Below are positions 10,550-22,735 of a DNA stretch of 64,000 nt, piece by piece. The DNA comes from Hydrolagus colliei (Eukaryota). The notes beneath the pieces are model-generated. The model worked only from the letters and a program-made list of their open reading frames with translations. It had not been told where the DNA came from and searched no databases. Location: positions 53,878,001 to 53,942,000 of the forward strand of contig CM068742.1 in the NCBI GenBank assembly GCA_035084275.1, written 5' to 3'. The position numbers and the translations under genes are program-made. Each line of letters opens with the position of its first letter. Within the stretch, counting starts at the first letter, position 1.

Positions 10550-13300
10550 AGTGGAGATACACTATTTGTAATGTTAACCATCAGATTGTTGCCATAGAAA
10601 AAATGTCTTGGGATGGTTACTTTGGACCATATTACCCCTCCTCCGACCTCGCGGTATTGCGTCATTGTAGAATAATCCTGTACTGTTCCAAATGCCATAA
10701 ATCAATTTTGAAATGGAATAACTGTCTTGAACTATCTTCACAAACTCCCCCCCTCAGTGTGTCTCTCTACAGCCTGACTGGATAATTTGTTGTGCATAAT
10801 CCACATTCTTTGTTGCATTAAATCTGAACTGTCTTCTGAGGTTGAGACTTTTTAACCTGGCATTGTGTGCCAGGGCAAAAAGGGCCACTTTCTTTTCTGA
10901 ATCAGATTTTTAAAATATGATGCCATTGCAATGCGTCCAATTGGTCTCTTGGCTTCCAATCAAACATAGTCTTCTCCTTGGCAGATTTTGCAACATCTTG
11001 GACCATTTACAGGCTTCTTGCCAATATATTTTTTTATTGAACTGGTATACAAAATCCATCCAGATCTCTTGCCCGGTACATAAGTTGGGATGATTGAAGC
11101 CACATCTAAATATTTACTGAATCACTGCTCAGTAAATTGGACCTTCCTGCTTCTTGGTAACACAAATTGGTTGACATTTTTCAAACTAACTCCATTGGCT
11201 TAATTCCCATCCGGTAACCTACAGGGGTCAAGTGCCTCATTTCCTGCTTGTTTAGGTGCTAAACTGTGATTATTGTAGATTTCAATGCCTTAACCCAAGG
11301 TTGGGGAAAGTTAAAATGATACATTTTAGAAGTTTTGGTGATCTCGGTTTCAGCTACATCTGTTTGAACTAACTGCTGAAGGTAACCTAATGTGCAAAGG
11401 ATTCTAGGACCACTTTCAGTGCATTTGATTCTATGAGCCAGTAATTTTAATGAAGATAGAACTAAATCAATGTAAATCAAAATAGGAAACAGATGTGTTT
11501 TTATTAAGGCCATGGGAGTGATGACAGGACTATCCTACAGCAGCATTGATGCCATTAACATGTAAACAGTTGTTTCTCAGTTGAATTGCCAGATGAACGT
11601 ATATTTTGAGCATAACAGTGAAAAGTTATGTTTCTCATTGGAACAATCTCAAATCAGGACTTACATTAATTTCAATTTGGCTGCACTTTGGTAAATGAAT
11701 TCACGTTTCACAATCAAAATAGGCTCGTCGCAGGAAAGCTTCAGGCCTTAAGTTTATTCATATTTTGTTATGGAAAGTTAATGAATACCAGCAACAGTAG
11801 AATTGCAAATAACTCCAATGTGCTTGCCCAAATATCTGAAAGATTCCGTTTTCAGTTTTTAGAACAAATTGTGTATGATTCCCACAATGTAAATGATAAA
11901 TCCTCATGTTTTACTACCTCTTAATCTCCTAAAAGTGGTAAAGTGGTTCCTCTTCCCAATTTATTCAATATGAATTAGGATCTAGTGTACGGTATTATGA
12001 AGTTCTTAAATCTTTAATTGATGAATTGCAGACAGTTTTATACTGCTGACTTGTGTCAACTGGGGACCAGGCTATGACCACCAAAGCTCATTTCACCTTT
12101 GACATTGAAACAGCAATAAAAGAGAGCAGTCTTGTCTCCTATTCCACCCTCCGCTCCCCCTCCCCCACCCCCAAGGAAGTCAAGAATAGGTTCCCAGAGG
12201 GTGGGGGCAAGAGGGGGAGTTCATATCTCTTTAACCATGATGTTAAGCGATTCTGCCAACCTTGAATCAAAAGATGTTGCCGAGATTTGTTTTCATATAA
12301 AATGAAGGCTACTAAATGCTTTTGTACAGGAAAACTGCTTCTAAAATTTTCCACATTGGATAAAGTTACAACACAACCAAGAGATTACACAAAAACTTAA
12401 CTACTGCGGTCAATCCAGCAAAATATGCCTTAAAGCTAGGTGAGTGAAACCAAAGCATGGTTAGTGATTTTCACGATAAGGTGCTTAACATTTTACATTC
12501 TTTATGCCATTCACCTATTCCCCAAGATTTTCCTTTTGTTTTCTTAACATTATATTTTTCTTCTTTTTTGGTCTGTTTCACTGAATATGATCTTCTGAGC
12601 TCTGTTCTTGTTTTACTGAGTATCACTCATATTTCTTTTGTGAGCTTTGTTGGTCAAGTGTCATGTCATAAAAATCGTTATGATCATCAAAGTCCTCTTA
12701 TACATACAATTTAAAGTTGTTCTAAAGCTTTTTAAAATGTGGGCTGTTTGGGTATTATCCCCTCTGCCTATTCAGCTGGATTTTAAAGATCTCAAGGCAA
12801 TTTTCAACAAGAGAAGAGTGTTTCTCCTGCTGTATTGGCCAACAATCCCACAGATAAAATTGATCATTTACTTCATGGCTATTTGTGGGCACAAATTGGC
12901 TGCTGCATTCACCTACAAATATGCAGTCACTACAGTTTACAGTAATACCTTTGAAGCACTTTGAGTCATCTTGACAATGTGATCAGGCCCTATTTCAAAT
13001 TCAAGAATTAGTAAGATACTAATATTAACCAGTACTTTGGGTCATCAATTCATTGCTTACAATGAATGTATTGCATGGAAACAGGCCACTTGGTTCAACC
13101 AGTGCTTACTGCTGATATCACGTCCTGGTGCTCTACATGTACATTCTGTTCAGGACGTGCCACTGACATAATTTCATCAAGGAATTCAGACATTTTACCA
13201 CACTTGCTTGAAACGCAGGGCGTGAGATATAGTACCCAGATAACTGGGTTATAAACAGGTTTTCATCTTTGTGCCTCTTGTATTTTTCATGCAAAAATAA
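10550..13300 (-). mobile_element. Fossil RLE-type (R2/NeSL/Utopia-like) non-LTR retrotransposon ORF
   Basis: Colinear degenerate motifs: RAPGRDISSKHW (13099-13134), PKYW (~13030), ATSFDS (12263-12280), RQDCSL-LLLFN (~12105-12137), ESFRYLGKHIG (11814-11846), CCKIC...ET-IGRI (~10930-10995), PDIF...MVNIT (~10568-10612). Confidence 0.65.
12750..13012 (+). mobile_element. DeuSINE inserted in the RLE fossil
   Basis: ctgcctattcagctggattttaaagatc...cacaaattggctgctgcattcacc...tail. Confidence 0.8.
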
Positions 13301-14247
13301 GTGCTTGTTGCATGGACTTTGAGTGTGAACAGGTTCAGGCTCTGCTGTCCCACTCTCATAGTTATAAAAATCGCTGACATTGTTTATCCTCATACATGAT
13401 GGAGAGGGTTTCTGGTGTCAGAGGAGCCATACCACACTGTGAGTAAGTACTTTAGTTGGACAGGGAGTAAAAGAGAAAAAATTAAAAACGAACTTAAAAG
13501 GCACAGAATGGCAACATAATCTTCAATGGTAGCAGAGCTACCTCAATGTATCCTTAATGTGTCACCACGAAGACAGAACAACTGTGAAACTCTGCTTCCT
13601 ATTCATTTCAAACAGCAGTGAGGTTCAATCAAAAATAGCAATAAAAATATTTCTATTGAAGCTACAGTTTGTTTTAGTCGTATTTTTTTTAACGATCCAG
13701 GACTAAACATTTAAAGCAAATATCAGGTTATGTGTTCAAAGCATGATCATAGCTTAATTAGAAGTCAAATTGATCACCCCAGAACTTATTTTCAAAATAA
13801 GCCTTTGGGGAGGAGTTAACCCCCAAACAATGCCTCACATATATGACATTAACCCTGGTAGAGAAGCTTTCTCATATGATTTTCTCACTCAAACAAGAAA
13901 AAGAAGACATGAATTGCCCTTAAAATAAATGGAAATTCCCAATACTTCCAAGAGATTTGTATTACAAGATTTTCTTATATTTACGATTTATGTCCTTTGA
14001 AAACTCTTGGCATTAGCTCAGCAAAGTTTTGAAACAATCAAGTAAATGAATGCATAAGAAACAGAATCAATAGCATCTTTGAAGTAAAATCAGTCTGAAA
14101 CAAAGAGAAATGGAGTCTTGTGAACTGCAATACAATACAGTGGTCATGTAGATTCCTCAAAGTGCTCTCAGACAGAAATCTTTCCCTGTAAAATGACTCC
14201 ACTGTTTCTGATAGCGGGAGTAAACTGTAATACACATTTGCAATGTG

Positions 14248-14283
14248 TATAAATACTTTCAGGTTTTTATTGCAGTTCACTCC
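14248..14283 (+). promoter_or_regulatory. Candidate Pol II core promoter (TATA plus Inr)
   Basis: TATAAATA at 14248-14255 and Inr match TCACTCC with A at 14279, 31 nt downstream, in repeat-free sequence. Confidence 0.4.
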
Positions 14284-14357
14284 GCCTTGTAAAACAGATT
14301 TGGTTTCTCTTCAAAATGAACCAAATTTCTTCCTGGTTGTGAGCGTTTAACTGTGGA

Positions 14358-14442
14358 ATGTTGAGAACGGACACTGGAGGTGCCTGGAAGTTTACCACCC
14401 TGTTAGACGAAAGACTCTTTCCTGTAACCAAACTGCTGAAAG
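14358..14442 (+). CDS. Candidate first coding exon, MLRTDTGGAWKFTTLLDERLFPVTKLLK, phase-1 donor; host gene not recognised
   Basis: ATG at 14358 with G at -3, open for 28 codons, AAG|gtaatg donor, downstream of the TATA-Inr. Confidence 0.35.
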
Positions 14443-15837
14443 GTAATGTGCCCGGGGTTAGTCTCTTTGCCCCTGAGCTGATCGAGTCTGCTGTTTTACA
14501 TTAGTTACATCCCTGTATAATTAGATGTTTCACGATTTTGTAGAAATTTTTATGGCATAGTTCTCACAAATCATTCCACCCATAATGTGTCACCAGTGGT
14601 GCGAATGCTCAAAGTTTCCTGATAAACAACGGTTCACTGTATTTAATGCTCGACCAAATTGTGTTGTTAATTGCACCTTAATTTCCAGCTGAAAAAAAAG
14701 ACCACAAGCATTTTCACTATACATAAACTTGACTTTTTAAAAAATATTCCAGCTAGCAACACAGACAGTGCAAGTGCGCAACATTGTAATTGTGAATGGC
14801 CAGGATCAAGTAAAGGATAAGTGTGAACAATAAGTGTGCTGCAGCACCTATCGGCTGGCGTTTGCTAATCATTTCTGGCTTCGGTGCAGTATGTAATGTG
14901 TTTGCTTGTAACGTGCTGAGCTGTTAAGTAGTTAATTCTGTTGTTTTGCCTTTTACTTAGAATAGTGGTGGCCAACCTTTTTTGATCGACCAACCAAACA
15001 ATTTTTTTCTTCATTTAATTTTTCTTCATCTATGGCCGCACCTTGGCTCGGTACTTACTAGAAACAAGGCATTGATGTGGCACGAACTTGCCTGCACTGG
15101 TGCGGTTCAGCGGACCACTTTTTTGTGCCCCAAAAGTAGCCCACTACTGCAAGTGGCTACTTTTGGGGCAAAAGCCCGCGAGGAGTGGGTGGAGGGTTGG
15201 GGGTTACTGGGTAAGAATTGTTTCTTGTCTTACCAGCATTTTGCCCAAGTTGGGGTGGGGTGAAGCTCGCTGAGTGTGAAGAGAGTTCTAAAGAGCATAC
15301 AAATGTTTCACCCACAAAATACACAGTCAATCCACGTTACCAAATATTCTGTGAAGCACTTTGAGATGCCTCGACAACATGATAAGATAATACATCAAAT
15401 GCAAGGATTATTATTATGAGCATGGTATGTTCTAGAAAGATGATGGCATGCATGGGACATTAAGCTAAGAAGTGGGGAGCCACACAAATAGTTTGAAGAC
15501 ATGATGTAGGTCAACTTCATGTTGTTCCAATAAGTAAATCCTTCAGATCTCTTTTGTGTTATTCTTGCTGTACAATCAGCATTAAGATTTCTAAAATATT
15601 TAGAAACATTACTTTAAAATGTTAATTTAATTTTCTTGCTATACTGTACTATGTTTTTTTCTTAACACTGTGAGACCCAGCCTAGTTCGCACAATATGTA
15701 AAGAAGCCTATCGCATAAAGAAGCTTTTGGGGTGGTAGTATGAGCCAGCAAACAGACCTTTTAACATTAGGGCTTCTATTCAACTTCAGTTAGACAGATG
15801 GAGTGACTGACTGTTGTTTGCATTAACAGGAATAGCA

Positions 15838-16005
15838 ATAACTAATACTACTTGCATTTGACTTAGCGCCTTATCATGTCTTCGAGATATCTCAAAGCTC
15901 TTCTTAGAATATATTGTAAAGTGAATTGACTGCATATTTTGTGTGTAAAACCAGCAACCAATTGCACATAGCTGTGTACCACAAAAAGTTGTGGATTGAG
16001 TGAGC
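15838..16005 (-). mobile_element. SINE 3' half
   Basis: cttgcatttgacttagcgcc...gtaaagtgaattgactg. Confidence 0.85.
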
Positions 16006-16029
16006 TCTGGATGTTCTAAATTTAAAACG

Positions 16030-16440
16030 GAAAAGGGGATAACCAAAGGTAAAGTCCTGAAGAACACTGCCTCTGTGCAGGGGTGTAAGATAAGTCATTA
16101 GACGAATCACAGAGATGTGAAACAGGAAGGGGCAGACCCATCGAGATGTTGCAGAGAGGACAAATGGCATTGGAGGATGGTGTTGTGGGGAGAATGAAAG
16201 TGGCTGTGAAATTCAGGTGGACAAAGAGGCATAGGGGGTCCTCATCACAGAGATGGTGTAATTTTAAACAGGGCTGGCTTGGTGTTGTGGGGATGGTGGA
16301 AGGCAGATTGATGAAAGGAGTAAAGCTGAAAAGCAACAATGCAGTCCAGGTCTGTTGAAACGGAAGAGCATTTTGGAGATGGGATAAAAACTGGAGAGAT
16401 TGGAAGGGCCAAGGGTAGTATTTTTGACAAAGTGTCTGTC
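16030..16440 (-). mobile_element. Highly degenerate L2 RT fragment
   Basis: Reverse strand ccatttccaatctccc-like, aactttactgcc and cacaacaccatcctcc segments parallel the L2 at 63290-63700. Confidence 0.55.
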
Positions 16441-17479
16441 TCATTAATACTGATTTACACTGTATTGAAATGAACCTTGGATAGGTTGGAATTCACTTTT
16501 GAACCAAAAAAACAGCATCTATTTTCCAACTTGTAAAATCATTGCATGTAGTCAACAGGCAGTTTTCAAAAGCAGAAAATGGCAGTATCTTCTAGCCAAC
16601 TTCCCTCTGCTGCTTTGTATCCACATTGAGTGCCATTAGACTAGTTAGATTGAACATTATTAGGTGACTCATTAAGCAAAAGCAAGATTACATGAAAAAT
16701 TACATAACACAATACTGCACATACACAAGCTCTATGCAGGAGAGGAAGAAATTATTTCCTGGAGGGTATTATGACTTTGACAATGTGGCCTAATAATACC
16801 ATTGAGCCCAAGTTGGTGCACATTGTGAACATTTGCTGCATTTAACATCAAGAGAATACTTCAGTGGGAATTCTCAATCAAATACCCACACAATACAGTA
16901 TTATTATCTTCAAATGTCTTACAAGTATTAAAAGCTCAAATTCTTTTTTTCCTCAGGAGTTCCTGAGTTAAACAGCTGCTCCTGAAGTAAACAATATGCA
17001 CAGTTATCAAAATTACTGCCTTAAACCTTGTTTTGTGCCAGAAGCCCTCTGTAAAGTTATGTTGTCATGCTGTCCACAAGACTTTCAAATCCTTTTTATA
17101 ACTCTTACCTCCTGAGGGTAGAAGCCAATCATATGGTTTCAATCTCTGTACACTCTTATGTCATAAGAAATGCTAGCTCTATAATTAATTACATCATAAA
17201 ATCCTGTTTTGAGGAGGAAGTGCTTGTAGGCTTTGTATTTGAACAATAAAATTTGATTACAGCTTTCAATTCTGCCTTTACAATGGAAAAGTATCCAAAA
17301 AAATTCCCGCACTCAAGAGATAGCATGCCCAGGAAAAATATACCTTCAGTTTTGCCTTTACCAATATATAAACAACAGCAACACAACCTGCATTTTTATA
17401 TAGGGTTACATCTTGGAGGACTTTACAGACATGGAGTCATATGCTGAGCAGGGAGAGGTGGCTTTAGCCACAGTTGAAG

Positions 17480-17845
17480 AGGCAGGGACTTGGAACTCAT
17501 ATAGTCTAAGGTGACACTCCACTGCAGTTTGGGGTTATGCTGCATTGTTGGAGATGCCATTTTTCAGATTAAATGTTAAACTGAGGCTCCGCCTGCCTGT
17601 ACAGTTGGATGTGAAAGACCCTATGGCACAATTCGAAAAGTGAAGAAAGTTTCTCCCAGTTTCCTAGTCAACAATCCACAAAAGATAATTAGTCATTCAT
17701 TTTACTACTGTTCGTGTGACATTGCTGTGCACAAATTGGCCGCCTCATTCACCCACATTGTGCACTTTACAGTAAATCCTGTGAAGAGTTTTGGGACGTC
17801 CTCTTGACTTGGCCACTGTACCAAATGCAAGCATTATCATTATTT
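17480..17845 (+). mobile_element. Old DeuSINE with Deu core
   Basis: tgacactccactgcag...gctgcattgttggagatgcc...gttaaactgaggctccgcctgcc...cacaaattggccgcc and tail. Confidence 0.85.
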
Positions 17846-19867
17846 GTCATATCTCTAAACAAGGTTGCTGTTACATATTTTTAATCTTTAGATTGCCAAA
17901 ACATTCAGAAAAATTATTAAGTCAACTGCTTGGATGTATTTTCATTTGGACACTACAACCCTAACCTCTGGAACTCCCGGCCTCAATCCCTATGACGTTG
18001 AATCAAATACTGGGATAGTAGAAATTGAATAACTATGAAGATTTATTATTTGGTACTAACTCTAACTTACAATATTATTTCCTCCCTGTTCTCTTCAGGT
18101 TCTATTTTTTAATACAGTATTTCATTTCCAATTTACTCATTTTCTAAATTGTCCATTTTATTTTCCTCTGAATTCTATTGTTCTCTGAATTGACTGTATA
18201 TTTTGCATACAAAAAAAGCATTTTTATTTGAAGGAATGTTGACCAGAACACCAAGAGAAATGCTCCTCACTTTTAAAATAGTGCTGTGGGATCTTTAACC
18301 CCAAATGAATGGGTAGACGGAGCCTTGGTTGGTTGGGCTCTGGGCAAGGGAGAAAGGGAAGGGGGAAGTGACATAAGCACGGTCAAAGAGGTAGGTCTTC
18401 AGATAGGATTTAAAGATAATGTAAAAAGGGGGTGAGGTAGAGGGATTGAGGCAGGGAGTTTCTGAGGTTAGGGGCTAAATATATGGCCACCAATGATGGA
18501 GCAGAGGGTCCAGACATGAATGGGGGGGTCTCAGACATAATCAAGCCAATGAGGAAAATACTTTTTGTGTATTTAAACAGCAATGGCCCCTCCTTAATGA
18601 GTAAACTTGTCACCAACTCCCAGAAGACGTGCACGGCTAGAAGAGAAAATGGCTGACAGATTGCCAAGAGCTGATCCATAATAGTTAAAGATTAGCTCTA
18701 ACAGAAAAAATAAAATAAGTGCAATGGAAATGTTTACAGTAGAGCAGCTGGAGTGTCCCACTCTGGGCAGGCCTCCCCTGATACCCAGCATTAACTGTTC
18801 TATGGAAGGCATTTGGATTAGGATGGAAGCTGATCCTTCCTGAAAAATCCCCCAGGAGGCAATAGTGCTCTTCAAGTGTGCTATAACATGCTGTGATTTG
18901 TGATGTTATCAAGTTTTAACTGCATGTTAAACATCCCTATTGAATAGCTCTGTGGAATCTCTCCCCATAAAAACCTGCTCCTGCTCTGTGATGAGATATG
19001 CAACAATGGGTTCTAATTTGTGAGATTTGCAAAATGATTTGTAATGAAAAAATCCTGCAACCATATACAACTTCATTCACACATCCACCCCTCTCCTGAT
19101 TTCCTTGAAGCCAAAGTAAGCTTCTAGCATCCGGCAGGAGATCAGAGTCAATTGTAATCCCTGCATTTATAAGGGTATTGGTAGAATCTGAGAACACACA
19201 TCATTGATGGTTTTGCAAATGCTCAGGGAGGTGGATCTGACCGGAAGTAAACTGAGAGTCCCTTCTGCTTGTTAGGGTTGATATAAAATAAACACCTTAT
19301 AGCTTTTACAGTTCTTGGATTGTGGATAAATTTCCCCCAAAACATTTTCATTACATTTTATAGTAAATGCTGTGAAAGACTTTGATGTATCCTCCCAACA
19401 TGAAAGTTCCTGCATTAAATGTACAGATTATTATTATTCCTTTTAGCGAAGGGGTATTTAACAAAAAACATTCCCTTACTTGGGAGAAATGTAAGGAAAG
19501 TCAACCTGGGATGGATCCTGATGCTGGCATCATTCACAATTTACAAATCCTTTTATAAATCTCACTAATTCAACATCAATATAATAATCCTTGCAATCTG
19601 TATGATATCCACAGTGGAGGTAACAATATATTGGATGCCAGGCACAACCAGGCATACCAATCACGAAAGCACAGTAAATCTCAAAGATCAAATTGCTGTG
19701 TGCACAGTGCACTTTTATATATTAATGGTCATAGAATATTGCCTTGAGGTCAAGGTCTTGGTTAGGCCCAAGACTCCAACATAAAATTATGAAATAAAAT
19801 TTTCCCTCCTATGAATTTTTGCGGTATGGCAAGGCTTTCGAGTCAATATTGATGCTTGCAATTCAGC

Positions 19868-20260
19868 AACCACAAGAACTTTATATAGTGTCACTTATGT
19901 AAAGCACTTAGGAATGGCGGAACCGGGGAGAGGGGGTGATTTCTGTAGGTGTGGTCGAAGAGGAAGGTCTTCAGTCGTGAACTGGAAAAGCGGAAGCAAG
20001 GAGCAAGATGGAGGGGTAGAGAGACAGAGTTTGTTCTAGAGTTTCAGAGTGTAATGGCTGAAAGTGTGGCCACAGATGATGGAATGGGGTGCACGAGAGA
20101 CATGAAAAGGCAGGAGCCTGTCAAGCAAAGGCAGTGGGCTGGGGCGTAAGCAGGTCTGAGAGAAATGGAGATGTTAGGGCATAAAAGCATTTGAAATCAA
20201 TATGTTTGGCGATAGGGAGTGAGTGGAGCCTGGCTGGAATTGATGTGATGGAGAGGCTTA
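19868..20260 (-). mobile_element. L2 3' region
   Basis: Reverse tail aactttatatagtg and gtggtcgaagaggaaggtctt. Confidence 0.65.
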
Positions 20261-20289
20261 TGGGAACATAGCAATATAGGAACTCCATC

Positions 20290-20530
20290 CTGCAGTAAAA
20301 TCCCTATGCCTCACCCCTTCCCTGGCCTCCTTCAAGTCCTGCCTCAAAACCCTCCTCTTTGACGGTCCCATTGGTCACCCCAAATCCCCCTCTTTCCCTC
20401 CACCCTCCCCGTCCCTGGCCCCTATGTCATCTGAAACAATGACTGTCCAGCGCCTTGGGATGTCCTCCTGACTTGAAAGACGCTATACAAGTGTAATTTT
20501 GTGGTTGTTTTTGTTGGTCGTTGTTGTTGG
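20290..20530 (+). mobile_element. L2 3' UTR and tail
   Basis: ccttcaagtcctgcctcaaaaccctcctctttgac...cagcgccttgggatgtcctcctgacttgaaagacgctatac (ttg)n. Confidence 0.85.
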
Positions 20531-22584
20531 TCACTGCCTCACTCCCTCTCCAGCAGTCTCAGCCTCCTCCCCGCTGGTCACTATCTCGACTGCTCTCCCG
20601 CGGTCTCGGCCCCCCCACCTCGCCACTTACCAATCACCAGTACGCATGGTGTCAAAGTTCAGGGAAAAGCTGAGGAGCTGGGATTTTGCTTGTCAGCCTT
20701 TGTTTGGATTTTGTCGACTTGGGATTAGCAATCGTTTGGCCCTGAATTTCATCACAGTACTTACAATCAGGAAATCACGTTTCATACACAGAATCCAGGT
20801 TCCAAGTATTACAAAGTTAACCCCGCTAGTAGTCCACAGGTTTGTATAGAAAATTGAAGATGCATAAATATTTTTTGAAGTTGGTGGTGGGGGCTGCGGG
20901 GGACGACGACGGGGGAAGGGGTAGAAGCGAGGGATAATATATGTGTTTTGTGCTGCAGTTGTGTAACCAAAGGTTATTGAGTTTTTGTCTAATAAAGAGA
21001 TGCAGCTATTGCTGCTGAATTTGGAAATTGGGGTGATTTTCCATACCAGTGTTTTATGAATGCGCCCCACCAACAAATTTGCTTCATGAACTACTATTCA
21101 GCCAACGTCCAATATTTATTTGTTATTGACTGTGGTTACTATAATCCCAACCTGATGTAATTGAATATTGACCAGCATCTTGATTTGTGAACTCAACAGT
21201 GCTTTCTGGTATCAAACACTTTCAAACATATCCAGGTTAACGGAAGCATGCTAACAAAACATAATGAAAATTCTGTAAGGTAGACTTCAAACCTAATATA
21301 TTATATAGATCGTGGTCAATGGGATGAAACAATGTATGTTAAAGGAGTGAAATTGAATGCCTCAATTGAAGATCTCCAAAGTGCATTACAATGGTGGAGT
21401 GGGAGCCAGGAGAATTTGAAGGGTTGGGGGAAGTGGAAGAAGCCACAAAGACAAGGTTTTTAAGAAGGCTGTAAAAGCAGAGAGGAATGGGGTGAAGCAG
21501 ACAGAGGGACTCTGTATGAAAGTTTTAGAGGGCAGCGGCAAGATGCCACAAATTTCGCCCACAAATATACAGTCAATTTTCCTACTCTTCTCCTTCTCCC
21601 TACCCCTCCCCCCCTGCTCTGGTCCCTCCCTTTGGGATGCTGTTGTATTCTGTGAAGAGCTTTGAGACGTCGATAAGATGTGGAAAGCGCTATAGATGGT
21701 GGGTTGCCGAAGGTAGAGGGCATGAAGCAGATGAGAATAAATAAGGTAGTGTGAACACCTGGGAAAAGGTCACCGAGACAGTGTGGGGAGAAGGTAGGAG
21801 TGTTTAGGTGTTGAGGCATTTGAAGATAAGAACAATGATCCTAAAGTTAATCAGCTGGTGGACAGGGAGCCAGTGGAGCCGAGTCGGGATCAGGTTGATG
21901 GGCTCATAGAGCTGAATGTCAGAGAGGCTATGAGCTATGGAATCCTGCATGATCTGGCTGACAGGTATGTGGAGATACAAGTAGATAATAAAAACGAGAG
22001 AACCAAGGATAGAGCCCTGGGCACACTTGACTGTATGTGGGGGCAGGAGGAGAAGATAATAAATGACTCAAATTGACGATGCTGGGATAGTATAATAATT
22101 CTTGAATTTTGATACAGTGTATAGCATTTTTCACATCTTCTAGACATCTTACAGCATTTCACAGAATATTCTATAAGTGAATTGACTATGTATTTGAGGG
22201 CTAAAAAGGCAGAAGAGAAGGTAGGAAAGGCAGAGCCTGGAAAATGTATCAGGCAAGAAAGGCGATGGGAAATGATAAAATAATCATTAGTTCACCCTGA
22301 TGTATTAAATCTAATGAGTGCTGAATACCTGTAGTTATTAATTTAACAGGACAAAATTATCAATAAATGAACAGCTGAAAGTATACTTTTTACCAGACTT
22401 TTTTGAATAAAGTTGCAATTTGTGATTCCACATCATGAAAACTGACCCCCAATTACAGACCTTGGGATATTAACTCCCAAGAAATTCTAATTTGTAGCAG
22501 AGCTAAAAATTGGATACACTGAGAAATACTGTGCTTTTTAAAAAAAATCTAGTCAGTGTGAATTAAGAATTTAATTTAATGTTG

Positions 22585-22735
22585 TTCAATCCATGACTGT
22601 TCGTGTTGTACACAATTGGCTGCTGCGTTTTGCCCACAAAATACAGATTCAATCCACTTTGCAGCATATTCCATGATGGCTTTGAGACATCTCAATAACA
22701 TAAGGCACAGTATCAAATGCAAGGATTATTATTAT
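22585..22735 (+). mobile_element. SINE 3' half
   Basis: caatccatgactgtt...caattggctgctgcgttttgcccacaaaatacag...aaatgcaaggattattatt. Confidence 0.85.

Noticed and set aside
12330-12439. AG/GT-bounded exon candidate with a strong donor
   Set aside because: Stops in all three frames and lies antisense within the RLE fossil
11259-12700. Endogenous viral envelope gene (hydrophobic and Cys-containing stretches)
   Set aside because: Better explained by colinear RT and zinc-knuckle motifs of an RLE retrotransposon
14963-15150. Possible Charlie-like left end (tagtggtggccaacc)
   Set aside because: No matching right TIR or TSD found
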